Positions 31,269 through 41,937 of a stretch of 64,000 nt of DNA are shown here, piece after piece. The stretch's first letter is position 1, and each line of letters opens with the position of its first letter. The notes under the pieces are model-generated. The model made no database searches. It was not told where the DNA came from and saw only the letters and a program-made list of their open reading frames with translations. Source of the stretch: an uncultured Verrucomicrobiae bacterium (GTDB lineage Bacteria > Verrucomicrobiota > Verrucomicrobiia > Chthoniobacterales > UBA10450); assembly GCA_963726745.1 (NCBI GenBank), contig CAVSDR010000004.1, positions 160,001 through 224,000 on the forward strand, written 5' to 3'. Position numbers and translations under genes: made by a program.

Positions 31269-32030
31269 CTAATTAGCCGAACGCGGCGCAAAGGACACGG
31301 ATTTATCGTGCACCTCGAGCGCGCCAACTTTTCCGAGCGACTTCAGCTCGCGCTGAAACATTCCCAGCGCGTCGCCGAAAAGAAATTTCGTGTACGGCAG
31401 AAGCGCTGGCGTTAACGGCAGCCGCCCGATCCATTCCCCCTGCGGCGTCGCCGTGATACGGCCATCGCGCAGCGCCGGTAGAAAACGCGCCTGGGTCGAA
31501 AGCGAGATGCCGTAAACGGTTCGTTGCACCGTCAGGAGCGCACTGTTTTCCTCCAGGGTCGCGACCACACGTTTGACCGGAAGATAATCACCCAGCGGGG
31601 ACTTCCGCGACTTGCTCGCCGAGGCGAGATAGGCATTCACCTGGCTTTCGGTATAGCGCACGCCGGCGCTTTGGGGGTCGGTGGCGAGATTCTCCAGGTC
31701 GAGGTTTACCTGCGGGGCCAAGGCACCATCCAGCCCAGGAGCCGGCGGCAACGAGACCGGCCGGAAAATTTGCACAAGCGCAGCAACCAAGAGCGCGGCC
31801 AAAAGTACGCCGGCGAAAGACTTCGCAACGAGACGCAATCTAAACCCGCGGGGATTGAGCATCGATTGAAGATGACGTCGAGCCGCGACCTGCGGATCCT
31901 CGGGCTTTTGCCCCTTGCTCTTCGACAGGACGGAGCGGTCGAGGCGGGCGCCGCACTCGTGGCAATAGACGCGCTCCGGTTCGTTCTCGTGCCGGCATTC
32001 CGGGCAAACCAGAGTGACGGCAGGCTTCAT
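31269..32030 (-). CDS. Zinc-ribbon membrane-anchored hypothetical protein
   Basis: CPEC...YCHECG at the N-terminus, followed by one TM segment. Confidence 0.75.
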   Translation of the reverse strand: MKPAVTLVCPECRHENEPERVYCHECGARLDRSVLSKSKGQKPEDPQVAARRHLQSMLNPRGFRLRLVAKSFAGVLLAALLVAALVQIFRPVSLPPAPGLDGALAPQVNLDLENLATDPQSAGVRYTESQVNAYLASASKSRKSPLGDYLPVKRVVATLEENSALLTVQRTVYGISLSTQARFLPALRDGRITATPQGEWIGRLPLTPALLPYTKFLFGDALGMFQRELKSLGKVGALEVHDKSVSFAPRSAN

Positions 32031-32365
32031 GATGCGCTGGGTTTGCTCTCGGTCTTTTTGGGCGCCGGAGTGCTCGCTTCTTTCGCCGGCGCAGCTTTCT
32101 CGCTCCCCGTGCCGGCGGCGGTGGCCGGCGCATCCTTCTTCGCGCCTTCCTTGTAGTTATTGCTCCGGTAGTCGGTGATGTAGAAGCCGGAGCCCTTAAA
32201 GATGAGCCCGGCGCCGGTCCCGAGGAGGCGCTTCACTTTCCCGTGGCCCCACTTCGCCTGCTGGCATTTCTCTTTCGGGCATTCAGTCAGCGCGTTGTCG
32301 CGCATTGACTGGAAAAGGTCGAAATTCTTCCCGCACTTTTCGCAATGATATTCGTAGGTCGGCAT
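32027..32365 (-). CDS. FmdB-family zinc-ribbon protein
   Basis: MPTYEYHCEKCG..F...Q...CP...IFKGSGFY.TDY signature. Confidence 0.9.
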   Translation of the reverse strand: MPTYEYHCEKCGKNFDLFQSMRDNALTECPKEKCQQAKWGHGKVKRLLGTGAGLIFKGSGFYITDYRSNNYKEGAKKDAPATAAGTGSEKAAPAKEASTPAPKKTESKPSAS

Positions 32366-32523
32366 AAGGCAGTGGCCGAGCGAGCCACGGCGCAGTGTGC
32401 GTGAACTCAAGCAGATTTCAAGCGAGGCGCCGTGGAACCCTCGTAGCCGGATGAAGCTGCCGGCAAAACCGGCCCGCTACCTTGACTTGGCGCAGGGCGA
32501 GAGTTATGGAGCCGCTCCCAAAA

Positions 32524-33138
32524 ATGTTTACTTCACGGTTCCTACTTCGCCTTTCAAAAACGCTGGCCGCCGCGGCTTTCGCCATCGCCCTGGTCTCTTG
32601 CGATGAGGACCCGTCGATGGGCACCCAATATCTCGGCGGCGTTTACGGCCCGGGTGGGGTCGCCTCCTCCGCACCGCAGGACACGGTCTCTTATTGGGAC
32701 GGCGACGGCGTGCCCGGAAAGCCCTCGATCAAGATCAAGCTGAGCGAGCAGCGCGCTTATTTCTACAAAGGCGACCGCCTCGTTGGCATCTCGCAACTCT
32801 CCACTGGCCGCGAAGGTCTCGACACCCCCACCGGCACCTTCAGGATTTCGCAGAAAGACAAGGACCACGTCTCGAGCAAGTACGGCGATTACGTCGATGA
32901 AGCCGGGAATGTCGTCGTCCCGAACGTCGATTCCACGAAGGACCCAAAGCCTCCCGGCACCCGCTTCAAGGGCGCGCCGATGCCGTTCTTCATGCGCATC
33001 GTCGGCGGCGTGGGCATGCATGCCGGCTATCTCCCGGGTTATCCCGCGTCGCACGGTTGCATCCGCATGCCGGAGTTCATGGCGGAGAATTTCTTCAAGG
33101 ACGTCGACAGCGGCACGCCGGTCACGGTCACGCAGTAA
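32524..33138 (+). CDS. L,D-transpeptidase-family lipoprotein
   Basis: Lipobox LVSC; STG....TP.G.F, MPFFMR, HAG..PGYPASHGCIR. Start could also be 32506. Confidence 0.9.
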   Translation: MFTSRFLLRLSKTLAAAAFAIALVSCDEDPSMGTQYLGGVYGPGGVASSAPQDTVSYWDGDGVPGKPSIKIKLSEQRAYFYKGDRLVGISQLSTGREGLDTPTGTFRISQKDKDHVSSKYGDYVDEAGNVVVPNVDSTKDPKPPGTRFKGAPMPFFMRIVGGVGMHAGYLPGYPASHGCIRMPEFMAENFFKDVDSGTPVTVTQ

Positions 33139-33190
33139 CCGCGGCCTTGCCCTTCCCGCGGCCTAACGACAGGATCAGGGCGCACCGCTC

Positions 33191-34207
33191 ATGATCATCA
33201 TCACGCAGCCCGGCGCGACCGAGGAACAGATCGCGGGCATCGTGGCGCACGTCCGGCAATTCGGCCTGGAAGCGCATGTCAGCCGGGGCGATTCCCGCGT
33301 GATTGTCGGAGTCGTCGGTCCGCAGGAATTACTCGCCGAGAAACCGCTGGCTGCGCTCCCCGGGGTGGAAGCGCTCGTGCCCGCGGCGCAGCCGTATAAA
33401 CGCGCCGCCTTCGAGGCCAGCGGCCGCGCGACCAAGGTCGACATCTGCGGCGTGAGCATCGGCGCCGATGCCGCCGTCGCCTTGATTTGCGGGCCCTGCT
33501 CGGTGGAAAGCCGCGAGCAAATCGTCTCCCTCGCGCACATGGTCAAGGACGCCGGCGCGCGCCTTCTCCGCGGCGGCGCGTTCAAGCCGCGCACTTCGCC
33601 TTACAGCTTCCAGGGATTGCAGGAAGATGGCCTGCGCTTGCTCGCCGAAGCACGGAACGAAACCGGCCTCCCGGTCATCACCGAAATCATGGACGCGCGC
33701 GACCTCGCGGTGGTCGAGCGTTACGCCGATTGCCTGCAAATTGGCGCGCGCAACATGCAGAATTATTCCCTGCTCAAAGAAGTCGGCCGCAGCCATCTGC
33801 CGGTGCTCTTGAAGCGCGGCTTTAGCGCGACCTTGCAGGAGTTCATCCTGAGCGCGGAATACATTCTCAACGCCGGCCAGGAGAACGTCCTCCTTTGCGA
33901 ACGCGGCATCCGCACGTTCGAAAACGCCACCCGTTACACGCTCGATCTTTCCGCGGTCCCGATCTTGAAGGCGAAAACGCATCTGCCCGTGGTGGTCGAT
34001 CCCGCGCATGCCGTCGGCTTGTCCGCTTTTGTCCCGCAGATGGCGCTGGCCGCGGTCGCCGCCGGGGCGGATGCGATCATGCTCGAGGTGCACGCCTCGC
34101 CGGAATCGGCCCGGAGCGATGGCGAGCAGGCGCTCCTCCCCGAGACGCTGCGCAAGCTTTTCCCGCGGCTGCGCGCGGTGGCCAACGCCATCGGGCGCGA
34201 TCTCTAG
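33191..34207 (+). CDS. aroF: DAHP synthase type I-beta with N-terminal regulatory domain
   Basis: GPCSVES, RGGAFKPRTSPYSFQG, QIGARNMQN, CERGIRTFE. Confidence 0.95.
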   Translation: MIIITQPGATEEQIAGIVAHVRQFGLEAHVSRGDSRVIVGVVGPQELLAEKPLAALPGVEALVPAAQPYKRAAFEASGRATKVDICGVSIGADAAVALICGPCSVESREQIVSLAHMVKDAGARLLRGGAFKPRTSPYSFQGLQEDGLRLLAEARNETGLPVITEIMDARDLAVVERYADCLQIGARNMQNYSLLKEVGRSHLPVLLKRGFSATLQEFILSAEYILNAGQENVLLCERGIRTFENATRYTLDLSAVPILKAKTHLPVVVDPAHAVGLSAFVPQMALAAVAAGADAIMLEVHASPESARSDGEQALLPETLRKLFPRLRAVANAIGRDL

Positions 34208-34209
34208 TC

Positions 34210-37200
34210 TTGAGCGCGGAGCTGCTGGCCCGGGTCGTTGCGACGCCGCCGATCGCGGAGCGGCTGGAGGCGATTCGCGCCGGCAAAAAACAGACAGCAT
34301 TCTCCCACGTCGCGGAGCAGGCGCAGGGCTTCCTGGTGGCGGCGATCGCGGGCGAGATCGGGAAAACGCTCTGGGTCCTCTGCCCCACGGTGCGCTCGCA
34401 GGAATTGCTCTACGAAAGCCTGCTCAACTGGAAACCGGGCGCGCTTTTCCTGCCGGAGGCGGAGTTCGCCGCGGTCGAAAACATCCTGCCCGATCCCGAG
34501 ATCGCGGCCGAGCGGCTGGCGCTTTTGAAGCAGGTCGCGGCCGGCGGCGGACCGCATGTGATCGTGACCACGCGCGCTGCGCTCGAGCAACCCGCCCCGA
34601 AAAAAGCCGCGCTCGGCTCGGCCGGCTTGAAGCTGAAACGCGGCCGCGGACTGGCGATGGAAAGCCTGATCGCGCAGTTGAGCGAGGCGGGTTATGAGCG
34701 CGTGCCGCAGGTGACCACGCGCGGTCAATTCGCCGTCCGCGGCGGCATTCTCGATCTCTACTCGTGGCAGGCGCAGCTCCCGGCGCGCGCGGAATTTTTT
34801 GGCGACGAGATCGAATCGCTGCGCGAGTTCGACGTCGATACGCAGACCTCCGTGCGCAACCTGCAAACGCTCGACCTCTTGTTAGGCGCAGCCGACGACC
34901 AGAGCGGCCAGGTGCGAGACTACGTAGGAAAGGATCACCTCTGCCTGGCGGTCGAGCCGGAGGAAGGCGACGCAGCGCACATCCTCGTGGGCGAAGGCTG
35001 GCTCGGGAAAGCGAAGAAGGAAGACTTCCGCGGAGCCTTCCTCGATGCCGAGGTGGGCGAGTTTGCTGTGGGCGATTTCATGGTCGCGGAGGCGAAGCGC
35101 GGGCAGTTTGCCGCCCGGCTCGCGCAGTGGAAAAACGAAGGCGCCCAGGTTGCTGTCTATTTCCAAACCGAAGGCGAAATCGAGCGCTTCCGCGAGATCA
35201 TGGACCGCGGCCTGGAGGGCGTGGACTTGCTCGAGGGCACGCTCCCGCGCGGCTTCACCTTTCCCGATGGGCAGCTCGTGGTCCTCTCGGGCGCGGAGCT
35301 TTTCGGGCGCGCGACCGCGCATGGCCGGCGGCGTTTGCAGCGCGCGGAACGCTTCGGCCGCAACCGCGCGCAAATCGACTTCAGCGAGCTGAACGAGGAC
35401 GATCTCGTGGTTCACCTGGAGCACGGCGTCGGCCGTTTCGTCGAGCTCACGAAGATGCCCGCGCCCGGAGGCGGGTCGCAGGAAGTGCTCACGCTCGAGT
35501 TTGCCGACGATGCGCGGCTCTACGTCCCGCTGGAGCAGGCTTACCTGGTTTCGCGCTACGTTGGCGTCGGCAAAAAATCGCCGCCGCTCTCCTCGCTGGC
35601 CGACGCCAAGTGGGCGCGCGCGAAGAAGAACGCGGTCGCGTCGATCTTCGACTACGCCGGCAAAATGCTCGCGGTGCAGGCAGAGCGCGAGACGCAGATC
35701 GGGCACACTTTTGGCCCGGACACGAAGTGGCAGAGCGAGTTCGAGCACTCGTTCCCGTATCGCGAAACAGCCGACCAATTGAAGGCCATCCAGGACACGA
35801 AGCGCGACATGGAGCAGCCGCGCTCGATGGATCGCTTGATCTGCGGCGACGTCGGCTTTGGCAAAACCGAGGTCGCGATCCGCGCTGCGTTCAAGGCGGT
35901 GATGGACGGCAAGCAAGTGGTCGTGCTCACGCCCACGACCGTGCTCGCGCAGCAGCATTTCGAGAACTTTCGCGCGCGCATGCTCGACTACCCGGTGCAG
36001 GTGGAAATGCTCAGCCGCTTCCGCACGCACGCGGAGCAAAAGAAAGCGCTCCAGGGCCTGGCCGACGGCAGCGTGGACATCGTCGTCGGGACGCACCGGC
36101 TCATTTCCGGCGATGTCGTGTTCAAGGACCTCGGCCTGGTGATCATCGACGAGGAGCAGCGCTTCGGCGTGCTCCACAAGGAGAAGTTCAAGGAGCTGTT
36201 TAAATTAGTCGACGTCCTTACGCTCTCGGCCACGCCGATTCCACGCACGCTCTACCTCTCGTTAGTCGGGGTGAAAGACATGTCCACGATCGAGACCCCG
36301 CCGCAGAATCGCCTGCCGGTGGAGACGGTCATCTGCGGCTACGACGAGCGCATCATCCGCGACGCGATCAACCGCGAGCTCGAGCGCCAGGGCCAGGTTT
36401 ATTTCCTGCACAATCGCGTGCAATCGATCCAGAAAGTGCGCGACCGCATCGCGGAGCTTTGTCCGGCGGCCCGGGTCGATATCGGCCATGGCCAGATGGA
36501 GGCCGACGAGCTCGAGGAAGTGATGGCGCGCTTCATCGCCGGGAAGACCGACGTGCTCGTTTGCACCACGATCATCGAAAGCGGGCTCGATATTCCAAAC
36601 GCGAACACGATCGTGATCGACCGCGCGGATCGTTTCGGCCTGGCCGATCTCTACCAGCTCCGCGGCCGCGTAGGCCGGGCGGAACACAAGGCCTACGCCT
36701 ACCTCATGCTTCCACGCGAGATGATGACCGTGGGCGCCGCGCGCAAGCGGATCAACGCGATCAAGCAATACAGCTCGTTAGGCGCCGGCTTCCGGATCGC
36801 GATGCGCGATCTCGAGATTCGCGGCGCGGGCAGCATTCTCGGCACGCAGCAAAGCGGCCACATCATGGCGGTAGGCTTCGACCTTTACTGCCAGCTCCTG
36901 AAGCAGGCCGTCGCGCAGATCAAGGGCGAGCGGCACAAGGCGCGCCTGGAGGTGGAGGTGCGGCTCGACTTCGTGGCCACGAACGAGGCCGAGTTTGTCG
37001 AGCAAGGACCGGCGGCGCGGCTGCCGGCGTTCCTCCCGACGAGCTTCGTGGGCGACACCACTTTGCGCATCCAGGCCTACCGGCACCTCGCGGAAATCAG
37101 CAGCCGCGAGCAGTGGGACAAGCTGCGCAAGGAGTGGCGCGACCGCTTCGGCAAGTTCCCCGCGGCCGTTGACAATTTGCTGGCTTTAACCGAGATAAAA

Positions 37201-37368
37201 CTCGCCGCAGCCAAAGCCGGGATCACCCGCGTGGAGGTCCGCGAAGGAAAGCTGATGCTGACTCGTCGCGGGGATTACATCCTTGTGGGCGGCAAATTCC
37301 CTCGCTTGAGCGCTGGCGACTTGAACCGCAATCTTGCCGAAGTAGTCGCACTAACAAAGAACGTCTAA
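34210..37368 (+). CDS. mfd: Transcription-repair coupling factor
   Basis: Likely TTG start at 34210; [47 protein letters not shown]. Confidence 0.96.
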   Translation: MSAELLARVVATPPIAERLEAIRAGKKQTAFSHVAEQAQGFLVAAIAGEIGKTLWVLCPTVRSQELLYESLLNWKPGALFLPEAEFAAVENILPDPEIAAERLALLKQVAAGGGPHVIVTTRAALEQPAPKKAALGSAGLKLKRGRGLAMESLIAQLSEAGYERVPQVTTRGQFAVRGGILDLYSWQAQLPARAEFFGDEIESLREFDVDTQTSVRNLQTLDLLLGAADDQSGQVRDYVGKDHLCLAVEPEEGDAAHILVGEGWLGKAKKEDFRGAFLDAEVGEFAVGDFMVAEAKRGQFAARLAQWKNEGAQVAVYFQTEGEIERFREIMDRGLEGVDLLEGTLPRGFTFPDGQLVVLSGAELFGRATAHGRRRLQRAERFGRNRAQIDFSELNEDDLVVHLEHGVGRFVELTKMPAPGGGSQEVLTLEFADDARLYVPLEQAYLVSRYVGVGKKSPPLSSLADAKWARAKKNAVASIFDYAGKMLAVQAERETQIGHTFGPDTKWQSEFEHSFPYRETADQLKAIQDTKRDMEQPRSMDRLICGDVGFGKTEVAIRAAFKAVMDGKQVVVLTPTTVLAQQHFENFRARMLDYPVQVEMLSRFRTHAEQKKALQGLADGSVDIVVGTHRLISGDVVFKDLGLVIIDEEQRFGVLHKEKFKELFKLVDVLTLSATPIPRTLYLSLVGVKDMSTIETPPQNRLPVETVICGYDERIIRDAINRELERQGQVYFLHNRVQSIQKVRDRIAELCPAARVDIGHGQMEADELEEVMARFIAGKTDVLVCTTIIESGLDIPNANTIVIDRADRFGLADLYQLRGRVGRAEHKAYAYLMLPREMMTVGAARKRINAIKQYSSLGAGFRIAMRDLEIRGAGSILGTQQSGHIMAVGFDLYCQLLKQAVAQIKGERHKARLEVEVRLDFVATNEAEFVEQGPAARLPAFLPTSFVGDTTLRIQAYRHLAEISSREQWDKLRKEWRDRFGKFPAAVDNLLALTEIKLAAAKAGITRVEVREGKLMLTRRGDYILVGGKFPRLSAGDLNRNLAEVVALTKNV

Positions 37369-38399
37369 TGATTCGTCCCCTGCTCGTCCTCGCCCTCCTG
37401 CTGGCCCTCGGCCTGCCTTTGTCGGCGCAAAAAACCACCCGCTCGAAAGCCTCGAAACCGTTGCTCGAGGCCACTGTGGGCGATCGTCCGGCGCGCGGAG
37501 AACCGGAGGTAATCGACGGGATTGCCGCGGTCGTGAACGGCGAGGTCATCACCTTCTCGCAGGTGCGCCAGGTGGTGGGACCGCGCGAGCGTTTGCTCCG
37601 CCAGCAATTCACCGGCGAGGAATTAGCCAGCAAGCTCAAGGAAGTGCGCGCGCTCGCCTTGAAGGATTTGATCGATCGCCAGTTGATCGTCCAGCAGTTC
37701 AAGAAAGAAGAGCTGCAGCTTCCCGAGTATTTCGTCGACCAGCGGATGAGCGAGATCATCCGGGAGAACTTCGGCGGCGACCGCAACGCCTTCATCAAGA
37801 CCTTGCAGGCGCAGAATTATTCCATTGGCCAGTTCCGCAAGGAAGAGTTCGACAAGATCGTGGTCGCGGCCATGCGCGGGAAAAACGTCAAGCCAAACGC
37901 GGCCGCTTCGCCCACGAAAGTGGAAGAATATTACCGCAAGCACCGCGACGAATTCACCAGCAAGGAAGAGGTCAAGCTGCGCCTGATCATGATCCCGAGC
38001 CACTCGTCCGACGGCAACGCCGCCTCACAAAAAGCGATGGCCGAGGAGATCCTCGGGAAGCTCGCCGGCGGCGCCGATTTCGAGCGCATGGCGCAGATGT
38101 ACAGCGAAGACAGCACCCGCGATAGCGGCGGCGATTGGGGCTGGGTCGCCCGCAAGACGCTCGCACCGGAACTCGAGAAAGTCGTCTTCAGCCTGCCGAC
38201 GAAAAAGATCAGCAACATCGTCTCGCTTGGCGGGAATTATTACATCCTGCGCGTGGACGAGAAACGCGGCGGCGTGACCAAGTCGCTCGCGGAAGTGCGC
38301 GACGAAGTCGAGAAAAAGCTCATCCAGGAAGAAGGCCAGCGGCTCCAGGAAAACTGGCTCGCCGGTCTCCGCCAGAAGGCCACCATCCGGACGTTCTAG
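37368..38399 (+). CDS. surA: SurA-like periplasmic chaperone / parvulin PPIase
   Basis: Signal peptide, IAAVVNGEVIT, F..MAQMYSED..GGDWGW; mfd-surA-pdxA gene order. Confidence 0.82.
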   Translation: MIRPLLVLALLLALGLPLSAQKTTRSKASKPLLEATVGDRPARGEPEVIDGIAAVVNGEVITFSQVRQVVGPRERLLRQQFTGEELASKLKEVRALALKDLIDRQLIVQQFKKEELQLPEYFVDQRMSEIIRENFGGDRNAFIKTLQAQNYSIGQFRKEEFDKIVVAAMRGKNVKPNAAASPTKVEEYYRKHRDEFTSKEEVKLRLIMIPSHSSDGNAASQKAMAEEILGKLAGGADFERMAQMYSEDSTRDSGGDWGWVARKTLAPELEKVVFSLPTKKISNIVSLGGNYYILRVDEKRGGVTKSLAEVRDEVEKKLIQEEGQRLQENWLAGLRQKATIRTF

Positions 38400-38417
38400 T
38401 CCGCCGTTGCTTACCCG

Positions 38418-39278
38418 GTGTCCCTCCGCATCGGCATTACCGTGGGCGACCCGGCCGGGGTCGGGCCGGAAATTGTTCGCGCCGCGCTCGCCGCAAGAGA
38501 ATTGCCGGCAGGATGTGAATTCCGCGTCCTTGGAAACTTAGCCGGCCACACGCCCGGCCAGCCTTCGCCGGATGGTGCGCGCGCCGCTTTCGCCGCGCTC
38601 GAGGAGTCCATCTCGCTGGCTAAAAATGGCGAGCTCGACGCCGTCGTCACCGGGCCGATCCACAAGGCGAACATGTATGAGGTCGGCTTCGCTTTCCCGG
38701 GGCAAACCGAGTTCTTCGCCCGGCGTTTGCATGTGGAAAATTTCGCCATGTGCCTGACGGGCGGCGCGCTCACCGTGGCCCTGGTCACGGCGCACATTCC
38801 ACTGCGCCGCGTGGCCGATCTCCTGAGCGTGGAGGAAATCGTGCGCGTGGGCCAGTTGCTGGAAGCATTCGTTAGGCAACGCGGGGTGCGCGTACCGCGA
38901 ATCGCGGTCGCGGGTTTGAATCCACACGCCGGCGAATCCGGCGCGCTCGGCCGCGAAGAGATGGAAACGATCCAGCCGGCCGTGCGGCAACTGCAGGCCG
39001 CGCACGCCGGTTTCGCAGGGCCCTTTCCGCCGGACACGATTTTCCACCACGCCGCCGCCGGGGAATGGGACGCGGTCCTCTGCATGTATCACGACCAGGG
39101 CTTGATTCCGCTGAAGCTGCACGCCTTCCACGAAGGGGTAAACGTCACCCTTGGTCTCCCCTTCCCGCGCACCAGTCCGGACCACGGGACCGCGTTTGCG
39201 ATCGCTGGGAAAGGCGTGGCTCGTCCCGACAGCATGCTTGCCGCGATCCGCCTGGCCGCCGAATTGGCCACGAAGTAA
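38418..39278 (+). CDS. pdxA: 4-hydroxythreonine-4-phosphate dehydrogenase
   Basis: GDPAGVGPE, GLNPHAGE, MYHDQGLIP, RTSPDHGTAF. Confidence 0.96.
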   Translation: MSLRIGITVGDPAGVGPEIVRAALAARELPAGCEFRVLGNLAGHTPGQPSPDGARAAFAALEESISLAKNGELDAVVTGPIHKANMYEVGFAFPGQTEFFARRLHVENFAMCLTGGALTVALVTAHIPLRRVADLLSVEEIVRVGQLLEAFVRQRGVRVPRIAVAGLNPHAGESGALGREEMETIQPAVRQLQAAHAGFAGPFPPDTIFHHAAAGEWDAVLCMYHDQGLIPLKLHAFHEGVNVTLGLPFPRTSPDHGTAFAIAGKGVARPDSMLAAIRLAAELATK

Positions 39279-40091
39279 ATGGTGATGTCGCTGGCTAAAT
39301 ATGTCGCCGTCTTCAAGCTCGGCCTGCAGAACACTTTTGTTTACCGCTGGAATTATCTCCTGCGCGCGGTCTTCGGCCTGATCCCGCTCGCGGGCACGAT
39401 TTTCCTCTGGCGCGCGGTCTTCCAGGAAAGCGGCGGCGGGATGCGAGGCTACGACTACGCCTCGATGATCTATTACTACTTGCTGACTATTTTGGTCTCG
39501 AACCTGGTCACGCCGACGGAGGATGAATGGCAGATTGCCTCGGACATTCGCGAGGGCCAGATCAATTCTTTCCTGACCAAGCCGCTGAGCTATCTGGCCT
39601 ACCGCTTCAGCATTTTCCTGAGCGGCCGGCTGGTCTACACGCTGGTTACGCTGGCGCCGATCGCCGCGATCTTCGTTTACTTCCGCAGCTTTGTAACCGT
39701 GCCGGCCGATCCGCTGGTCTGGCTGGCGGCGCTCGTCTCGCTGGCGATGGCGGCGATGATCCAGTTTTTCATCACCTACAGCATCGCGATGATGGCTTTC
39801 TGGATCCTCGAGATTTCGACCATAGTTTTCATCGTTTACTCCTTCGAGTACTTCCTCGGCGGCCAGATGTTCCCGGTCGACATCATGCCGGTGGGCGTGC
39901 AGGCGGTGATGAAGTGGCTGCCTTTTTACTACGAGCTCTTCTGCCCGATCGCGATCTTCTTGGAGCGCCTGCAAGGAGCGCGCCTGCTCGAGGCGCTCGC
40001 CATTCAGACCGGCTGGCTCCTCGCCAGCTGGGCCACGGCGCGCGCAATGTGGCGCCGCGGGCTCGGGCATTACCAAGCCGTCGGCGGCTAA
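39279..40091 (+). CDS. ABC-2 type permease (DUF990-like)
   Basis: Multi-TM; I.EG.IN.FL.KP, G..FP, GL..Y.AVGG C-terminus. Confidence 0.82.
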   Translation: MVMSLAKYVAVFKLGLQNTFVYRWNYLLRAVFGLIPLAGTIFLWRAVFQESGGGMRGYDYASMIYYYLLTILVSNLVTPTEDEWQIASDIREGQINSFLTKPLSYLAYRFSIFLSGRLVYTLVTLAPIAAIFVYFRSFVTVPADPLVWLAALVSLAMAAMIQFFITYSIAMMAFWILEISTIVFIVYSFEYFLGGQMFPVDIMPVGVQAVMKWLPFYYELFCPIAIFLERLQGARLLEALAIQTGWLLASWATARAMWRRGLGHYQAVGG

Positions 40092-40105
40092 CGAGAGCCT
40101 AACGA

Positions 40106-40900
40106 ATGCGGCGCTACCTCGAGATTTACGGCATCATGCTGCGGAACTCGCTCATTCGCGAGATGAGCTTCAAGGCGAACTTCATCCTTTGGATGCTGGT
40201 GGAGGTGCTCTGGTTCTGCGGGCAGATCGTTTTCTTCGGAATCATCTTCGGGCAGGTCGACCAGATCGGCGATTGGACCAAATGGGAGGTCGTGCTCCTC
40301 GTGGGCACGCACCAGATCATCGCGCAGCTCTTCCAGGCGTTCTTTTTCATGAACGTCTCCAATATCCCCGAGCTGGTGCGCACCGGGAAGCTCGACTCGC
40401 TCCTGGTCCTGCCGATGGACAGCCAGTTCGCCGTCTCTACGAAGCAGTTCGGTTTAGACAGCGTGATCAACGCGCTCCTTGGCGGCGTGGTTGTGATCGT
40501 CTCGCTGGCTAAACTGCACCTCGTCCCGGGCCTCGGCTACGTGCTGCTTTACCTCTGTGCGCTCGCCTTTGGGATCGCGATCCACTACTCAGTCATGCTC
40601 GCGCTGGCCGCCTTCAGCTTCTGGATCGTGCGCGCGCAGGGGCTGGTCTATGGCTACTTCAATTTCCTCCAGATCGCGCGTTATCCGGATGTGATTTTCC
40701 CCCGGCTTTTCCGGTTCGTCTTCGGCTGGATCATCCCGGTGCTGATTGTGGCCAATATTCCCGCGCGCCTCCTGGTGAAGCCGCTCGGGCAGCCCGGTTG
40801 GCTGGTCTTGCATCTCCTGATTGCCTCTGCCGGGGCGCTATTTCTCTCCCGAGTTTTCTGGCGTTTTGCCCTCCGGCGTTATTCGAGCGCGAGCTCTTGA
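40106..40900 (+). CDS. ABC-2 type permease (DUF990-like), second subunit
   Basis: Multi-TM; GDW, VRTG.LD.LL..P, RYP, RRYSSASS C-terminus. Confidence 0.82.
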   Translation: MRRYLEIYGIMLRNSLIREMSFKANFILWMLVEVLWFCGQIVFFGIIFGQVDQIGDWTKWEVVLLVGTHQIIAQLFQAFFFMNVSNIPELVRTGKLDSLLVLPMDSQFAVSTKQFGLDSVINALLGGVVVIVSLAKLHLVPGLGYVLLYLCALAFGIAIHYSVMLALAAFSFWIVRAQGLVYGYFNFLQIARYPDVIFPRLFRFVFGWIIPVLIVANIPARLLVKPLGQPGWLVLHLLIASAGALFLSRVFWRFALRRYSSASS

Positions 40901-41029
40901 TTTCCCCGGGTAAACCGCGAGGGTCGCAGACCCGTTTTTCCGGGGAAATCTCTCCTTGCGCTGGGTAGGCTTTGCTCTTAAGTAAGCGTCCGCTTCCGCC
41001 GGGCTGCCGGCGTTCCCCCTACTGAATTT

Positions 41030-41755
41030 ATGGCAAGTTCCAAGACGAAAAAGGCTGCTCCAAAAGCCAAGAAGACCGCGCCGGCCAAGAAGCCCGCGGC
41101 CAAGCCGGCGGCTGCAACGAAAGCGCCTGCGACCAAGGCTTCCGCCGCCAAGAAGGCGCCGGCTAAAAAAGCCGCCGCGCCGAAAAGCTCCGGCCGCTCT
41201 CCGATCAACGGTCAAAAGGGCCACAAAGAGCTCACGACCACGCAGGCGATTCTCGGCACCAATCACAAGCAGCAAAAGCTCGACCCATTCATTCGCGGCC
41301 AACGCGACAAGCTCCTGCAGCTCCGCGATTCCATGGTCGACTCCATGGCGGGCGTGGCCCAGGACACGCTCCGCTCGCGCGCCGAGGGGAGCGAAGCTTC
41401 CGCCTTCGGGATGCACCAGGCCGATGCCGGCAGCGACGCCTACGATCGCGACTTTGCCCTCAGCCTGCTTTCGCAGGAACAGGACGCGCTTTACGAGATC
41501 GACCAGGCGCTCAAGCGCATTGAGCTCGGCACCTACGGCGTCTGCGAAATGTCCGGGAAAGCAATCTCGCACGCGCGTCTGGAGGCAATCCCCTTTGCCC
41601 GGTTCACCGTCGAGTGCCAGTCGCAACTCGAGAAGCAGAACAAGCAATCGCGCGTCCGTCAGTCCGTCACTTCCCTCTTCGGCTTGACCGATGACGACGG
41701 CGCGGAGACCGAGGAAGAGGACTCCAAGAGCAGCAGCGACGACAGCAAGGAATAG
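41030..41755 (+). CDS. dksA: DksA/TraR-family RNA polymerase-binding factor with K/A/P-rich N-terminal extension
   Basis: HQADAGSD coiled-coil tip; EID.AL.RI..GTYG.CEMSG..I...RLEAIP. Confidence 0.88.
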   Translation: MASSKTKKAAPKAKKTAPAKKPAAKPAAATKAPATKASAAKKAPAKKAAAPKSSGRSPINGQKGHKELTTTQAILGTNHKQQKLDPFIRGQRDKLLQLRDSMVDSMAGVAQDTLRSRAEGSEASAFGMHQADAGSDAYDRDFALSLLSQEQDALYEIDQALKRIELGTYGVCEMSGKAISHARLEAIPFARFTVECQSQLEKQNKQSRVRQSVTSLFGLTDDDGAETEEEDSKSSSDDSKE

Positions 41756-41760
41756 TTTTT

Positions 41761-41934
41761 ATGGCCCAGGAAATCATCACCCTCGAGTGCACCGAGGCGA
41801 AAGCCGCCGGGATGCCCGTCTCGCGCTACATGAGCACGCGCAACAAGAAGAGCCCGCGCACGCCCAACCGTCTCGAGAAGAAAAAATACAACCCGTTCAT
41901 GAAGCGGCATACCCTCCACCGGGAGACTCGTTAG
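41761..41934 (+). CDS. rpmG: 50S ribosomal protein L33
   Basis: Below the ORF-track cutoff; translated by hand: [57 protein letters not shown]. Confidence 0.95.
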   Translation: MAQEIITLECTEAKAAGMPVSRYMSTRNKKSPRTPNRLEKKKYNPFMKRHTLHRETR

Positions 41935-41937
41935 ACC

